Origin: a virus
IMG/VR virus record: IMGVR_UViG_3300011116_000796
Span: 1-64,000 of that record
Strand: one strand, 5' to 3'
Length of the DNA: 64,000 nt
Both the position numbers and the translations under genes were made by a program. A model generated the notes under the pieces. The model had not been told where the DNA came from, searched no databases, and saw nothing but the letters and a program-made list of their open reading frames with translations. This document shows positions 46,661 through 56,580 of the stretch, one piece after another (within the stretch, counting starts at the first letter, position 1; each line of letters opens with the position of its first letter).

Positions 46661-49161
46661 TAGAATGCAGGTTGTGCACTATACTGCATAATTCGTATAG
46701 TTGGTTCTGTGTTTCTTGAAGACTGTGGTGCAATTATAGTTGGTTCTTGTTTCTGTTGTTGTCCCGAACTCACATTATTCGTTGTATTTGTATTGATTAT
46801 ACTTGTCGGTTGTGCAGCAGTCTTATTAATGTCGTTTTGTGCGTTCTGTAGATTTTTCGACATTTCTCCCATCATGGTCGATTGATCTTCGGTTTTTTCT
46901 ATATTGCTTTCTTGGTTTTGTTTCATTTTAGCAAGAAGTGCAGTTACTTCGGGGTCAGGCGGAAGACTTATTGGGCCATCCTCAATCCCAAGCATAGAAC
47001 CTACTACATTTTGTGCAGTTTTCTTTGCAATCCAAGCAGTTTCACCTTCACCAGTTTTTTGTGCCTCGGCCAAGGTCTCAGTATCTGTCCCTAATGCATC
47101 AGAAACGGGATCGTCACTCGACCAATCAACTCCAGTGATCCATTCAAGAACACCGTAAGCCAAATCCTTCAGTCCATCGAATATCATTCCCATGAACTCA
47201 GCGACTTGGTCCAATATTTTATCAATATTCAAGATTTCAGAGGCTTTATCGGCTAAGTACCGCATTGCTTTGTATAGCAACGTAATTGGGTTATACTCAA
47301 GATAAAAGTCCCAAAGTGTTTGAATCCCACTCCAAATTGCAGACCCCACACTTTTTAGAAAATCAAATACAGTTTTGACGATATAAACATTAAAATCTCT
47401 CCACATAATAAACAAATCGTACAAAAAAGATCCAATTTTTATAATAAGATTCGCAACCATCCGTGGGATATTCAGAAAGAAATTTCCTATTGCAATTAAG
47501 TGTTTTTTCAGTGTTCCGCCGAAGTCATTTACCCAACTCATAAGATAGTTGTATACATCATCAAACGATATACCGAATATACCTGTGATTCCTGATATGA
47601 TTCCTGATACAATACCTACAATCATTCCTTTAATACCATCACGACTAAACCCCTTGATTGCACCAACGACTGCATCAATTATAGTGATGATTATTGTGAG
47701 CGGAAGTAATATCTTCGATCCTATGAACTTCAAAAATTTTAGAACAGGGGATATAAATCCCATTACTTTTCCGAACATCGATCCAACTCTTCCAAAGAAA
47801 CTTCCTACTCTTGACATAAACGAAGCAGCGGGAGAGAATGACTCAATAATTCGTGTAACAAACCCAAATATGTCTGTGATCTTACCCCGTAAAAATCTAC
47901 CCACAGGTGTGAAAAGACCTTCAAAAAAATCTGAAACTACCTCCACAATTCCACTTACCATTTCACTATCAGTAAAAAGACCCGTAATAGAACCTATGAT
48001 TGATTTGACTATTTCTGGTGGATTAATGATCTTTAACAAAGCACGAATCTTTCTACCAGTATTTGCTAAAAACTCTCCAATACTTACAATAGCACCACCT
48101 ATAAAACCATCTTCGGAAAATAATCCTTTCACATATTGAATAAATTGGTCCTTAGCATACTCAAGCCCTTTGGTGAGTATTGCATACAAAATACCCCCAA
48201 CAGTGGCAAGTGCTAATACAGTTGCAACAATAGTCTTAATGATAAATCCAAGATTTGAGGGTTTAGTGTTTTCTTGAATATCTTCAAGGCTTTCACTCAT
48301 AGTTTCGATTTCAGGGTCAACTTCTTTGAACCATGTAGGTAATGGTTCTGTTTCACCCTCAGATTCAAGTCTTCTTCGAACATCATCTTCTATGACATCA
48401 TTTTGCTCCACCAATTTTGACTCAATATTTTTGAATACTCCAACCTGATCTTCAGATTGTCCTTCACCGTGCAAAATATCAGCGATTCTCCCAAAGAAAT
48501 CTTTATCTACTAGTTTTTCTTGTTTGAATTTGTCTTTCGCTGAATCGTCATTGATGTCTATACCTCTTGCTGCCATCTCATCAAGCATGGCCCTATTAAT
48601 TACAACTAAACTATCAAGACTTAGATTAGTTTTTTCCATCACATCAGCAAGGCGTTCACTTCCAATACCCTCAAAGTTTTCAGTTAGAGCAGCAGAAAGA
48701 ATTTCGTTGTTTAGTTCTTTTTGAGCATCATTCTGCCGTTTCAATTCCCTAAAATTTGAGTTAAAGGATGAACTGAATCTTCTAAACTCGGATGAAGGAT
48801 CTTTAGGAGCAGGAGTCTCTTGAGTTTGAAATGATGATATTGACTTTGAAACATAGCCTTGAGACTCAATAATTCTATTTTCTGTCTCTGATATACGAGC
48901 AAAACTTTCCGATTGAAATCGGTTTTGTTCTGCCTCTAACCTTGCTATAGTTTCTGCCGATTCGTTGGCTTTAGATAGAGCATCCTCTGTCGATCTTTGA
49001 TTTGACATCAGTTGATCGGATATTCTTCGAAGAAGATCAGTCTGCTCTTCTTGTAACTGTAATTGTTTGTTTAATGCAGTTGGATCAAATTGAGATCTTT
49101 CCGAGGAATCACTTCCTGGTGCTATTCTGTTGTTTGGATTGAATTCACCTGGGTCGGGCAT
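46660..49161 (-). CDS. Tape-measure/baseplate hub protein (gp29-like)
   Basis: Coiled-coil N-terminus, long amphipathic/hydrophobic helical repeats, C-terminal INTNTTNN; position next to the gp26/gp51-like genes. Confidence 0.7.
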   Translation of the reverse strand: MPDPGEFNPNNRIAPGSDSSERSQFDPTALNKQLQLQEEQTDLLRRISDQLMSNQRSTEDALSKANESAETIARLEAEQNRFQSESFARISETENRIIESQGYVSKSISSFQTQETPAPKDPSSEFRRFSSSFNSNFRELKRQNDAQKELNNEILSAALTENFEGIGSERLADVMEKTNLSLDSLVVINRAMLDEMAARGIDINDDSAKDKFKQEKLVDKDFFGRIADILHGEGQSEDQVGVFKNIESKLVEQNDVIEDDVRRRLESEGETEPLPTWFKEVDPEIETMSESLEDIQENTKPSNLGFIIKTIVATVLALATVGGILYAILTKGLEYAKDQFIQYVKGLFSEDGFIGGAIVSIGEFLANTGRKIRALLKIINPPEIVKSIIGSITGLFTDSEMVSGIVEVVSDFFEGLFTPVGRFLRGKITDIFGFVTRIIESFSPAASFMSRVGSFFGRVGSMFGKVMGFISPVLKFLKFIGSKILLPLTIIITIIDAVVGAIKGFSRDGIKGMIVGIVSGIISGITGIFGISFDDVYNYLMSWVNDFGGTLKKHLIAIGNFFLNIPRMVANLIIKIGSFLYDLFIMWRDFNVYIVKTVFDFLKSVGSAIWSGIQTLWDFYLEYNPITLLYKAMRYLADKASEILNIDKILDQVAEFMGMIFDGLKDLAYGVLEWITGVDWSSDDPVSDALGTDTETLAEAQKTGEGETAWIAKKTAQNVVGSMLGIEDGPISLPPDPEVTALLAKMKQNQESNIEKTEDQSTMMGEMSKNLQNAQNDINKTAAQPTSIINTNTTNNVSSGQQQKQEPTIIAPQSSRNTEPTIRIMQYSAQPAF

Positions 49162-49170
49162 CTGTTACCT

Positions 49171-49368
49171 TTACTGTTGTCTACTCATCTTTTCGGATTC
49201 CATTCTCTCTTTTTCATCTTTTAGATGCTGTATCAGAAGTTCAATGTATATTCGACGCTCCCACGGAATCATATTTTCAATTTCAGTCAAAGAGTACTTA
49301 TGATGCTGCATCATTGCAAAGTTGGTCTCAAAGTAGTTCAGAAGACTGTCATGAGAGGTCGTTATGAG
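49171..49368 (-). CDS. 51: gp51-like baseplate hub assembly frame; reachable by -1 frameshift from the upstream gene (own ATG at 49314 would give 47 aa)
   Basis: Not in the ORF track; translates LITTSHDSLLNYFETNFAMMQHHKYSLTEIENMIPWERRIYIELLIQHLKDEKERMESEKMSRQQ. Confidence 0.8.
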   Translation of the reverse strand, partial: LITTSHDSLLNYFETNFAMMQHHKYSLTEIENMIPWERRIYIELLIQHLKDEKERMESEKMSRQQ

Positions 49369-50075
49369 AAAAAATCCTGAATACCTCTTAGATGAATGGA
49401 TTCTTCACTTCCACAATGCTTGCATGTATAATCGATGTTTTTTGAAATTTGAGGCATAGTTTCAAAGAATTTTGATAGAGTTTTAAATTGTGCTTGAGTT
49501 AAGTTGTCGATGAAATCAACAACCTCTTTGAGACTAAGTTCTTTTGTGTTAAATGTATTGTCAGGTGTGTGTATTTTATCAATACACAATGCCATCATGT
49601 TAACAAGTTTCTCTGTGTCAGATTCGATTTTTTGTATAACTTCTACGTCCGAAAATTTGGGATACCGTAATTCAATTATCACACCTTTAGATATCTCAAC
49701 TTTTTTACTGTGAGTTTTATCACTTGTTGGGTCAATACTATCGATCTTGATTTCAATGGTGTTTAGTTTACTGCACTTTTTGCACTTTAGAGTTGGTTTT
49801 GCGCTCTCTCCAATTGATTTACTTCGTATCTTCAGAAAAAGATACTCAATGTCAACCATCGGAGCAGATGACATGTCGATTTTTCCAAACGTACACGCCG
49901 ACACTACATCTTGAACCGCTCGTAGAATTTCTTTTTCGTTTTTTGATTCCGAAGCAATTAATAATACCTTTTCCTCTTTTACTAGAAACGGTCTGTATTC
50001 AATTTTGTCGCCGTTACTAGGTAAGGTTAATTCGTATGATGGTGTTGTTGGTATCAGATTTGATAATGTGCCCAT
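49362..50075 (-). CDS. 26: Baseplate hub assembly protein (gp26-like)
   Basis: YELTLPS...IEYRPFLVKEEKVLLIA, DIEYLFLKIRSKSIGE, CxxC pairs, FFETMP, ends GIQDFFS. Confidence 0.9.
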   Translation of the reverse strand: MGTLSNLIPTTPSYELTLPSNGDKIEYRPFLVKEEKVLLIASESKNEKEILRAVQDVVSACTFGKIDMSSAPMVDIEYLFLKIRSKSIGESAKPTLKCKKCSKLNTIEIKIDSIDPTSDKTHSKKVEISKGVIIELRYPKFSDVEVIQKIESDTEKLVNMMALCIDKIHTPDNTFNTKELSLKEVVDFIDNLTQAQFKTLSKFFETMPQISKNIDYTCKHCGSEESIHLRGIQDFFS

Positions 50076-50092
50076 GTTAATCTCCTAATTTT

Positions 50093-50989
50093 TCACAGAT
50101 CCCCTAACATTCCTTGTGCTTGTGATATGAAAGTCACACCTCTTTGTAGTATCGACCTTTCAAGTTGCATTTGCGCCTGTCTTCTTTGGTTCTCAGCAAA
50201 ATCTCTTTGTGCTTCTTCAAGTGTGGCACGAACAACATCGCTTCTTGTGTATACATTTTCTGCTTGCCGAAGTAATTGTGATCTTGCAAGAATGTCTTCT
50301 GCTGTTGGTCTAACTTGTTGAATTGTGAAATTGCCATTGTCATCAACAAGACGAACTCCGCTATTAATATCAGATGGTTTTGGTTCCTTTATGAGAGTGA
50401 TTTCACGGAACATGAAATCCACTTTTACCTTAAGGGGTTCGGTTGCCGATGCATAGTTTTGCGACCCACCATTTACTGTAAAATTGTATGGATATATTTC
50501 AGACAACTTTATTCCAGCAATTTGTTCTAACTCAACCATAGCCTTGAGGCCACCTTCAAACGAAGAGACAATGTTAGGCATCTGTGCGATGATTATAGAA
50601 GAACCTTTAGCATAATCATCATAATATGATTGTTGCTTCGTGGTTGGATCGATTATGATGTTTTGCCACATCTGAAACATGTTCTTTTCAAACATATCTC
50701 CTAACACATAAAACTCAACCGAAACACCAGCAGAGTTGTTGGTGTTGATTCCATACGGAATGAGTCTAACTGGTTGGGTCACAGACATTTCATGTGTCGT
50801 GAATGATTTGGATGGTTGTGATACAGAGGCGCATGTCATTGCGAGTCTCTGTGTTATACTATTTGCGGGTATCCCAATTTGGGATGCAACATATGGGTTG
50901 GGCTGAATTAAAACAAGATAGCGGTTTGCCTTCGCAAATCCCTTATCTCGCATGTTTGCGATGAAACTATCTACAAATTTGATCGTCAT
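50093..50989 (-). CDS. 54: Baseplate-tail tube initiator (gp54-like, tube fold)
   Basis: GFAKANRYLV, C.SVSQP.K, F...WQN.I, YYDDY, EIYP; gene position. Confidence 0.7.
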   Translation of the reverse strand: MTIKFVDSFIANMRDKGFAKANRYLVLIQPNPYVASQIGIPANSITQRLAMTCASVSQPSKSFTTHEMSVTQPVRLIPYGINTNNSAGVSVEFYVLGDMFEKNMFQMWQNIIIDPTTKQQSYYDDYAKGSSIIIAQMPNIVSSFEGGLKAMVELEQIAGIKLSEIYPYNFTVNGGSQNYASATEPLKVKVDFMFREITLIKEPKPSDINSGVRLVDDNGNFTIQQVRPTAEDILARSQLLRQAENVYTRSDVVRATLEEAQRDFAENQRRQAQMQLERSILQRGVTFISQAQGMLGDL

Positions 50990-50992
50990 GGT

Positions 50993-51595
50993 TTACTTAC
51001 TATATTTATTAGCCCATGTCCAAACTTCTTCACGGGTAGCACCCTGAAATTTCTCAAGGGGCATGAATGTGGTGTACTTCCATTCGTTTGATGGAACCAC
51101 ATTGATTTTGGTAACTACAGAACTAACTAGGTACCTTTTAATCGCAGCCCTGAACGGCTTTAGTTTAGGTAAACTCTGCAACATCGGGTATGTTACTTCA
51201 AAAAGTGCTTTGGGGGTCTTTGTGTAGTTTGGATTATCTACAAACCTAAGCAAGGAATTCAGGAAATTTGCTCTGATGTCAGGTCTTAAATAGTGTAAGT
51301 TCAGCCCTAGAAACGAGTCTGTTTCTTTATGAAGCATTATCACTAATGGGAAACTATCCCAAAATTTCAAGTTTTCGGTCTTGGGGTCGTAACCAAAAAA
51401 TAGCATTGCCCCCTCTTTGATTTTATTTGGGGATGTAATTTGAGAGGGGTGTTGGCGATTATAATGATCAGACTTGATTTGCGTCTTGATCTTTGAAAGG
51501 TTCGTAGCCAGCCACCTAGTGGACTCATTTGAGAACAGATCCTTTCCAGACCTGTCAAATTCAGTTAATATTCGGTTTACTTCTTTTTTACTCAT
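50993..51595 (-). CDS. 2: DNA end protector protein gp2
   Basis: G.MLFF.YDPKT...WDSFPLVI...FLGLNLHYL...IKRYL...W....FMPLEKF. Confidence 0.9.
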   Translation of the reverse strand: MSKKEVNRILTEFDRSGKDLFSNESTRWLATNLSKIKTQIKSDHYNRQHPSQITSPNKIKEGAMLFFGYDPKTENLKFWDSFPLVIMLHKETDSFLGLNLHYLRPDIRANFLNSLLRFVDNPNYTKTPKALFEVTYPMLQSLPKLKPFRAAIKRYLVSSVVTKINVVPSNEWKYTTFMPLEKFQGATREEVWTWANKYSK

Positions 51596-52062
51596 TGATT
51601 ACCTGTTTTTGAGAATAAAACATCCTCTGTGATAATTTTGAACTCCCATCCTCGGTCCTCACAAACTTGTTTCGCCGCTGACCATTTAGCGTTATTGACG
51701 AGCCAATTTCGCATCTCTCTTATCTTAGACCTAGATGTTCTCTTATTTTTTGGAGGATCAGGTTTCTTGGTTTGTGCTTTTGGTTTTACTTCGATCAGAT
51801 ACTCTTTGTTTTCTCCGTCTTTGGTCTTAACTCTCACCCAAAAATCAACGAAGTATCTGTGTGCTTTTCCATCTATAGGAGAGATGTATTTGATTACAAT
51901 TTCTTCGGAAGACCATTCCAATATAGAGGAGTTCTCGTCGCAGAATATCATAAATTTCCGCTCCCACAAAGACCGATAGAAGCAGTTAGTCGGATTGCCC
52001 CTGTACTTCTCTGTGTTTTTGGGGCGATATTTACCTTTGTAACTTTCGTTGGATCTTTTGAT
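51592..52062 (-). CDS. 4: Head completion protein gp4 (TnsA-like nuclease fold); probable non-canonical ATC start at 52062
   Basis: SYKGKYRPKN.EKYRGNPT...YRSLWERKFM, WSSEE, HRYFVDF, IEVKP..QT, N.AKW.AA, ITED; the conserved N-terminus lies upstream of the track's TTG (51969). Confidence 0.85.
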   Translation of the reverse strand: MKRSNESYKGKYRPKNTEKYRGNPTNCFYRSLWERKFMIFCDENSSILEWSSEEIVIKYISPIDGKAHRYFVDFWVRVKTKDGENKEYLIEVKPKAQTKKPDPPKNKRTSRSKIREMRNWLVNNAKWSAAKQVCEDRGWEFKIITEDVLFSKTGNQ

Positions 52063-52108
52063 ATGAACCCTCCTGTTATTTATCGAAACTTATCTACTAA
52101 ATAGTTCT

Positions 52109-53287
52109 ATGCTAGAAAATCTAAACTTATCTTCATTGATACCAGAGGGCGGAATGCCATCTCTCTCCTCACTTTATCCTGAGGGAGCAGTCAATTGGAC
52201 TTTAGAACAAGCCCGAGAAATCGCAAGATATGGAAAAGAGTCTTATAGCGAGTTATTTCAAGAGAAACTAACTGAACAGCCTAAGTCTGCTCCACCGATA
52301 CTTGTTTACCCTGCCGATCTTGGAAATTCTCAAGAGTATCAGTTTTCGGTTCGTTTTGATATCTACGAGACCGGTGGTTTGAATCTACGAAGACAGAGGT
52401 TTATTCAGGATAAGTTTGCACAACTTACGATAGAGTCTATTAGAGATGCAGGAGGAAGCCTGAGTGCAAAACAATTTCTGTCGCTGGCGGGTTCAGCGGT
52501 TTCCCCTGCTCTGGAGGCACTGACTATTCCTGAGTTACTCAATCCAGGAGTGAATTCAAATTCAGGCAGAGACACATTCGTAGAGGAACAAGTTGGATTG
52601 AATGATCTTACTGAACATGTTGCTACTGTATATTTGTATCTTCCAGGTGCATTAAACTTCGGTTATAAAATGGATTATCAAGATGCAGACAAGTCCGGTC
52701 TTGAAATCGGAAAATTACTGAGAAGTCTAACAGAGACACAAACTGAGGAGGGCGGGGCTATGCAAGCAGAAATTGCAAGGAAACTTGGATTTGCTGCTGT
52801 ACGAGCGGCGGATTCTGTGACTGAGTTGTTGGGTGGTAAGGATGCACTTTTAGCGGACATGCAATTAAAAAACAGACAGATTGAAAATCCGTTTAATGTT
52901 CACTTGTTCAGGGGAGTTGGGAGAAGATCTTTTAAGTTCTCTTTCAACATGATTCCGAGATCATATACTGAAGCAGTTGCAATAGATAACATCACAAGAA
53001 TTTTTAAACAGTATGCACACCCAAAAAGATCTGCTGGTGGAAGATTTTTGGATTTTCCCGCTGAGTTCGGGATTTCTTTCTTGTATCAGAACAAAGAGAA
53101 TATTCGTTTACCAAAAATTAGAAAGTGTGCGCTCACTGGAATAAATTTGGTCTACGGAGAAAACACATTTACAGCAACAAAACCTGATGCTATGGGTGTT
53201 GTTAGTCCAACTAAGGTAACTTTAGAACTTGAATTCAGTGAACTTGAAATTCTGACACAACAGAGTATCACAGAACAAGGAGCATAA
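52109..53287 (+). CDS. 48: Baseplate tail tube cap gp48
   Basis: YPADL, YLYLP, NP....LF.GVGRRSFKFSF.MIPRS..EA..I..I...FK...HP, CALTGI...Y, F.ELEILT. Confidence 0.85.
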   Translation: MLENLNLSSLIPEGGMPSLSSLYPEGAVNWTLEQAREIARYGKESYSELFQEKLTEQPKSAPPILVYPADLGNSQEYQFSVRFDIYETGGLNLRRQRFIQDKFAQLTIESIRDAGGSLSAKQFLSLAGSAVSPALEALTIPELLNPGVNSNSGRDTFVEEQVGLNDLTEHVATVYLYLPGALNFGYKMDYQDADKSGLEIGKLLRSLTETQTEEGGAMQAEIARKLGFAAVRAADSVTELLGGKDALLADMQLKNRQIENPFNVHLFRGVGRRSFKFSFNMIPRSYTEAVAIDNITRIFKQYAHPKRSAGGRFLDFPAEFGISFLYQNKENIRLPKIRKCALTGINLVYGENTFTATKPDAMGVVSPTKVTLELEFSELEILTQQSITEQGA

Positions 53288-53288
53288 G

Positions 53289-54182
53289 ATGCCGTATTTC
53301 TCCGAGATGCCCACCTTTGACTATCCGGACATAGTTAAAGGAAAGTACAAGTTTGTAAATGCACGAAACATATTAGTTCGTGCTAAAATTATTGACTATA
53401 TCAAAAACACACAGTCCGCATATATCAATTACACAATAAAGGACGGAGAAAGACCAGAACATATTGCTTATAGGGTCTACGGACAATCAGACTTGCATTG
53501 GGTTATTCTTCTGTTTAACGAAATAATAGATCCATTGTTTGAATGGCCGATTTCAAGTAGTGATTTAGAGTCATCTGTTTTAAGGAGATATGATGGTAAA
53601 ACTTTATTTGTGAACCTGAGAAAAACTCAGTACTCAAAAAATGGAGTTTTGCAAATAGCAAATCAATCGTATAAAGACATATGGTATGAGATCGGCGGCA
53701 AAGTCACCCAAGGAAATGCAACAGCAACTGTTTTGGATTGGGATCCTGATTTGTACAAGTTGGTAATCAGACAAGATAGCGCAGCGTCATTCAGAGTTAC
53801 TCCTGGAATACTAGATCCATTAAGTCAGAATAGAGATCTTGTTCATGTTAGAAGTGATGGAATTGCTTTGTATTCTCCAGTTGGAAGGGTGGTTGATCAG
53901 AACAGATACTCCGTTCACCACTTTGAGGACGCAGACAGTGGCGAAATACAAGATCATCACTCCCTCCTAATCAACAACAACGAAGCAGTCAATGCAAGTA
54001 TTCTCGACTATTACGCCACATATAACACAGAACTGATTAGATTGCCGGGTAAAGATGTTATATCAGTTTCTAACTATCAGCACGAAATCAATAAAAATGA
54101 CAAGAAACGAAACATAAAGATGATGCGTCCGGATTTGATCGATGTCATAATTAAAGACATGAGAAGGATATTCGATGGCTGA
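53289..54182 (+). CDS. 53: Baseplate wedge subunit gp53
   Basis: MPYFSEMP, YTIKDGERPEHIAYRVYG..DLHWVILLFNEIIDP..EWP, SNYQHE...ND.KRNIK. Confidence 0.9.
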   Translation: MPYFSEMPTFDYPDIVKGKYKFVNARNILVRAKIIDYIKNTQSAYINYTIKDGERPEHIAYRVYGQSDLHWVILLFNEIIDPLFEWPISSSDLESSVLRRYDGKTLFVNLRKTQYSKNGVLQIANQSYKDIWYEIGGKVTQGNATATVLDWDPDLYKLVIRQDSAASFRVTPGILDPLSQNRDLVHVRSDGIALYSPVGRVVDQNRYSVHHFEDADSGEIQDHHSLLINNNEAVNASILDYYATYNTELIRLPGKDVISVSNYQHEINKNDKKRNIKMMRPDLIDVIIKDMRRIFDG

Positions 54183-55494
54183 ATTTAGATCAGATAGAAT
54201 TTATCGTGCGGGTGATGTGATTGTTGATGATGTCACGATAATTTCTTACTCAGGATTTAGACTCGACCTTCGTAAGATGGTGAGTGACTTTTCGATATAC
54301 GAGGACATATATTCAAATTGCTTGTCAGGATCTCTCGTCTTTTCAGATTCGATGAACTTAGTTAAAAACACACCCATAGTTGGTGATGAAGATTTGTTTA
54401 TCACATTTTATACTCCAGGTGTAGACAGTATTCCGAGAAAAGTTCGATTCAAGATTTTCAAGATCTCTACTTATGTTCGTGGTGCTTCACCAAACGCAAT
54501 TGCAGTGAGATTGGAATTTGTATCACACATGTCGGAGATTTCGATCAGAACAAAACTCAATAGAGTAATGAAAAACCTTACATTTGCAGAGATGGCTACT
54601 GCGGTTCATAATCAGTTCAGAGAAGCACCCTTAAGAGATGAAACTGAAAAAGTAAAAGAACTGAAGACCGAAGAGACATTTGGAAAATCTACGGTTATTA
54701 TTCCAAATTGGTCTCCTTTGTATGCAATTAATTGGTTTGCACATAGAGCAGTTTCTTTACAAAACACATCAATAGCCGACTATCTTTATTACGAGACTCT
54801 TGATGGGTTTCGTTTTAGGTCAATGTCTTCTTTGAAGTTAGAAAATCCAGTGTGCACATATAAATCTGCACCTGGTGGATTTAGATCCATTGGTGGAGAT
54901 AGGATGATTGAATCCGAATTGAGAAATATCACAAGTTATTCTGTTCGTGATTTAGGTGATAAGTTAAAAGAAACTTCTATGGGTGTCTATGCATCTAACA
55001 TGCTTGTGCATCAAATGACTAGTAAATCATACTACTCTCAATTATACTCATATAAATCTGAATTCAATCAAACACCTCATTTGAACAAAGGGAGGATGGT
55101 CGTATATGATAATCCTGTCCAAGATAAATTTCTGGCGCACACGAAATACTACTCAAAAAACTATTTTCAGTTTGATGATTTACAAGACACCAGTTTCATT
55201 GATATTGCACAGAGCAGACAATCATTATTGAATCAGATGAATGCTATGACACTAGTGATTGATGTTTATGGTGATTCGACTATTCGTGTAGGTAATATCA
55301 TTAATGTGGAATTCTTCTCTCAGGAATACACTAAAGACAAAAATGATTTTTTGGACTCATACTTGTCAGGAAAATACATGATCACATCGATATTACACAA
55401 CATTGTTGATGGTGTTCATACTATGAGAATGACGATTGCTAGAGACTCTTATTATGAATACTTGCCAGATAAGAAGGCGCAGGAATTGAAATGA
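54175..55494 (+). CDS. Baseplate hub protein (gp27-like)
   Basis: IYEDIYS..LSG....DS.NL....PIVGDE, YYETLDGF.FRS, GDSTIRVG, YLSGKYMIT.I.H. Confidence 0.75.
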   Translation: MAEFRSDRIYRAGDVIVDDVTIISYSGFRLDLRKMVSDFSIYEDIYSNCLSGSLVFSDSMNLVKNTPIVGDEDLFITFYTPGVDSIPRKVRFKIFKISTYVRGASPNAIAVRLEFVSHMSEISIRTKLNRVMKNLTFAEMATAVHNQFREAPLRDETEKVKELKTEETFGKSTVIIPNWSPLYAINWFAHRAVSLQNTSIADYLYYETLDGFRFRSMSSLKLENPVCTYKSAPGGFRSIGGDRMIESELRNITSYSVRDLGDKLKETSMGVYASNMLVHQMTSKSYYSQLYSYKSEFNQTPHLNKGRMVVYDNPVQDKFLAHTKYYSKNYFQFDDLQDTSFIDIAQSRQSLLNQMNAMTLVIDVYGDSTIRVGNIINVEFFSQEYTKDKNDFLDSYLSGKYMITSILHNIVDGVHTMRMTIARDSYYEYLPDKKAQELK

Positions 55495-56579
55495 ATGGAT
55501 CTGAAAGAGCAGATTATGTTGGTTTAGACCATTTTTTGTGGTGGCACGGTGTTGTTGAAGATATAAACGATCCAATGAAACTTGGTCGAGTTCGTGTTCG
55601 TGTTTTAGGATGGCACACAGACAACAAAACTAGTTCAGGAATACCGACAGGAGATTTGCCTTGGGCACCTGTAATGCAACCTATTACTAGTGCTGCGATG
55701 TCGGGTATAGGCAGTTCACCGACAGGATTATTGCAAGGATCTTGGGTAGTTGGCTTTTTCTTGGATGGAAGAAATGCACAACAACCGTTTGTGATAGGAT
55801 CATATAGTGGAATTCAAAAACCAGACAAGGTAAACGCTAATTCATCTTTACCATATAATGATTTCGGTAAACCCGCAAAGAAAAATGAGTTCATGAACTA
55901 TCAGTTTGGGTTCAGAGACCCTGATGGGATTTATCCTGTAGAAGGAAGAATGGGAGAACCGGATACAAATAGACTAGTTAGGAACGAGAATACTGACTGG
56001 ACTGTTGTTAAAAAGAAGAAGGACGAAGTGGTAAGTTGTGATACTGCATTGTATGGCTCTTGGGAGGAACCAAAGACCCCATATTCTGCAAAATATCCTT
56101 ACAATCATGTTACGGAAACCAAGTCGGGACACATATTTGAGGTCGATGATACACCTGGAGCGGAAAGAATTCATAGGTATCATAAATCTGGAACATTTGA
56201 AGAGATTCATCCAAATGGGAGTGAAGTGCACAAAGTGGTTGGTAATGAGTGGAACATAACACTCAACGATAGGTTGATTTTGGTGAAGGGAAATACTACA
56301 TGGAATACAGATAAACTGATGAAAATTCGTGTGGGCAAAGATTTGGAAATTGAAACTGAAGGAAACATGCGTGTACTCGTAAAAGGTAATACCGTCATGG
56401 AGACACAGGGTAATTTCTTGCATAAGGTCAATGGCAAATTCACTTGTGCGAGTGATGGAAATATGTTGTTTGTTGCTCCAAGAATCGATTTCAACCCAAA
56501 TGGATCATCATCTAGAAAGATTCAGACTCTGTTGTCTAAATTGAGATCAACTGTCAGGAAGATATTCAGTAGGAACTGA
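55491..56579 (+). CDS. 5: Baseplate central spike gp5 (OB fold plus short beta-helix, no lysozyme domain)
   Basis: WWHGVVED..DP.KLGRVRVR..G.H, LPWA, GSWVVGFFLDG..AQQP, YPYNHV.ET.SGH..E.DDTPG.ERIH..H.SGTF.EI. Confidence 0.92.
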   Translation: MNGSERADYVGLDHFLWWHGVVEDINDPMKLGRVRVRVLGWHTDNKTSSGIPTGDLPWAPVMQPITSAAMSGIGSSPTGLLQGSWVVGFFLDGRNAQQPFVIGSYSGIQKPDKVNANSSLPYNDFGKPAKKNEFMNYQFGFRDPDGIYPVEGRMGEPDTNRLVRNENTDWTVVKKKKDEVVSCDTALYGSWEEPKTPYSAKYPYNHVTETKSGHIFEVDDTPGAERIHRYHKSGTFEEIHPNGSEVHKVVGNEWNITLNDRLILVKGNTTWNTDKLMKIRVGKDLEIETEGNMRVLVKGNTVMETQGNFLHKVNGKFTCASDGNMLFVAPRIDFNPNGSSSRKIQTLLSKLRSTVRKIFSRN

Positions 56580-56580
56580 T

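Noticed and set aside
51592-52062. TnsA transposase / Tn7-like element
   Set aside because: The TnsA-like fold is expected for head completion protein gp4, here in its usual gp2-gp4-gp48/53 context; no other transposon genes or ends.
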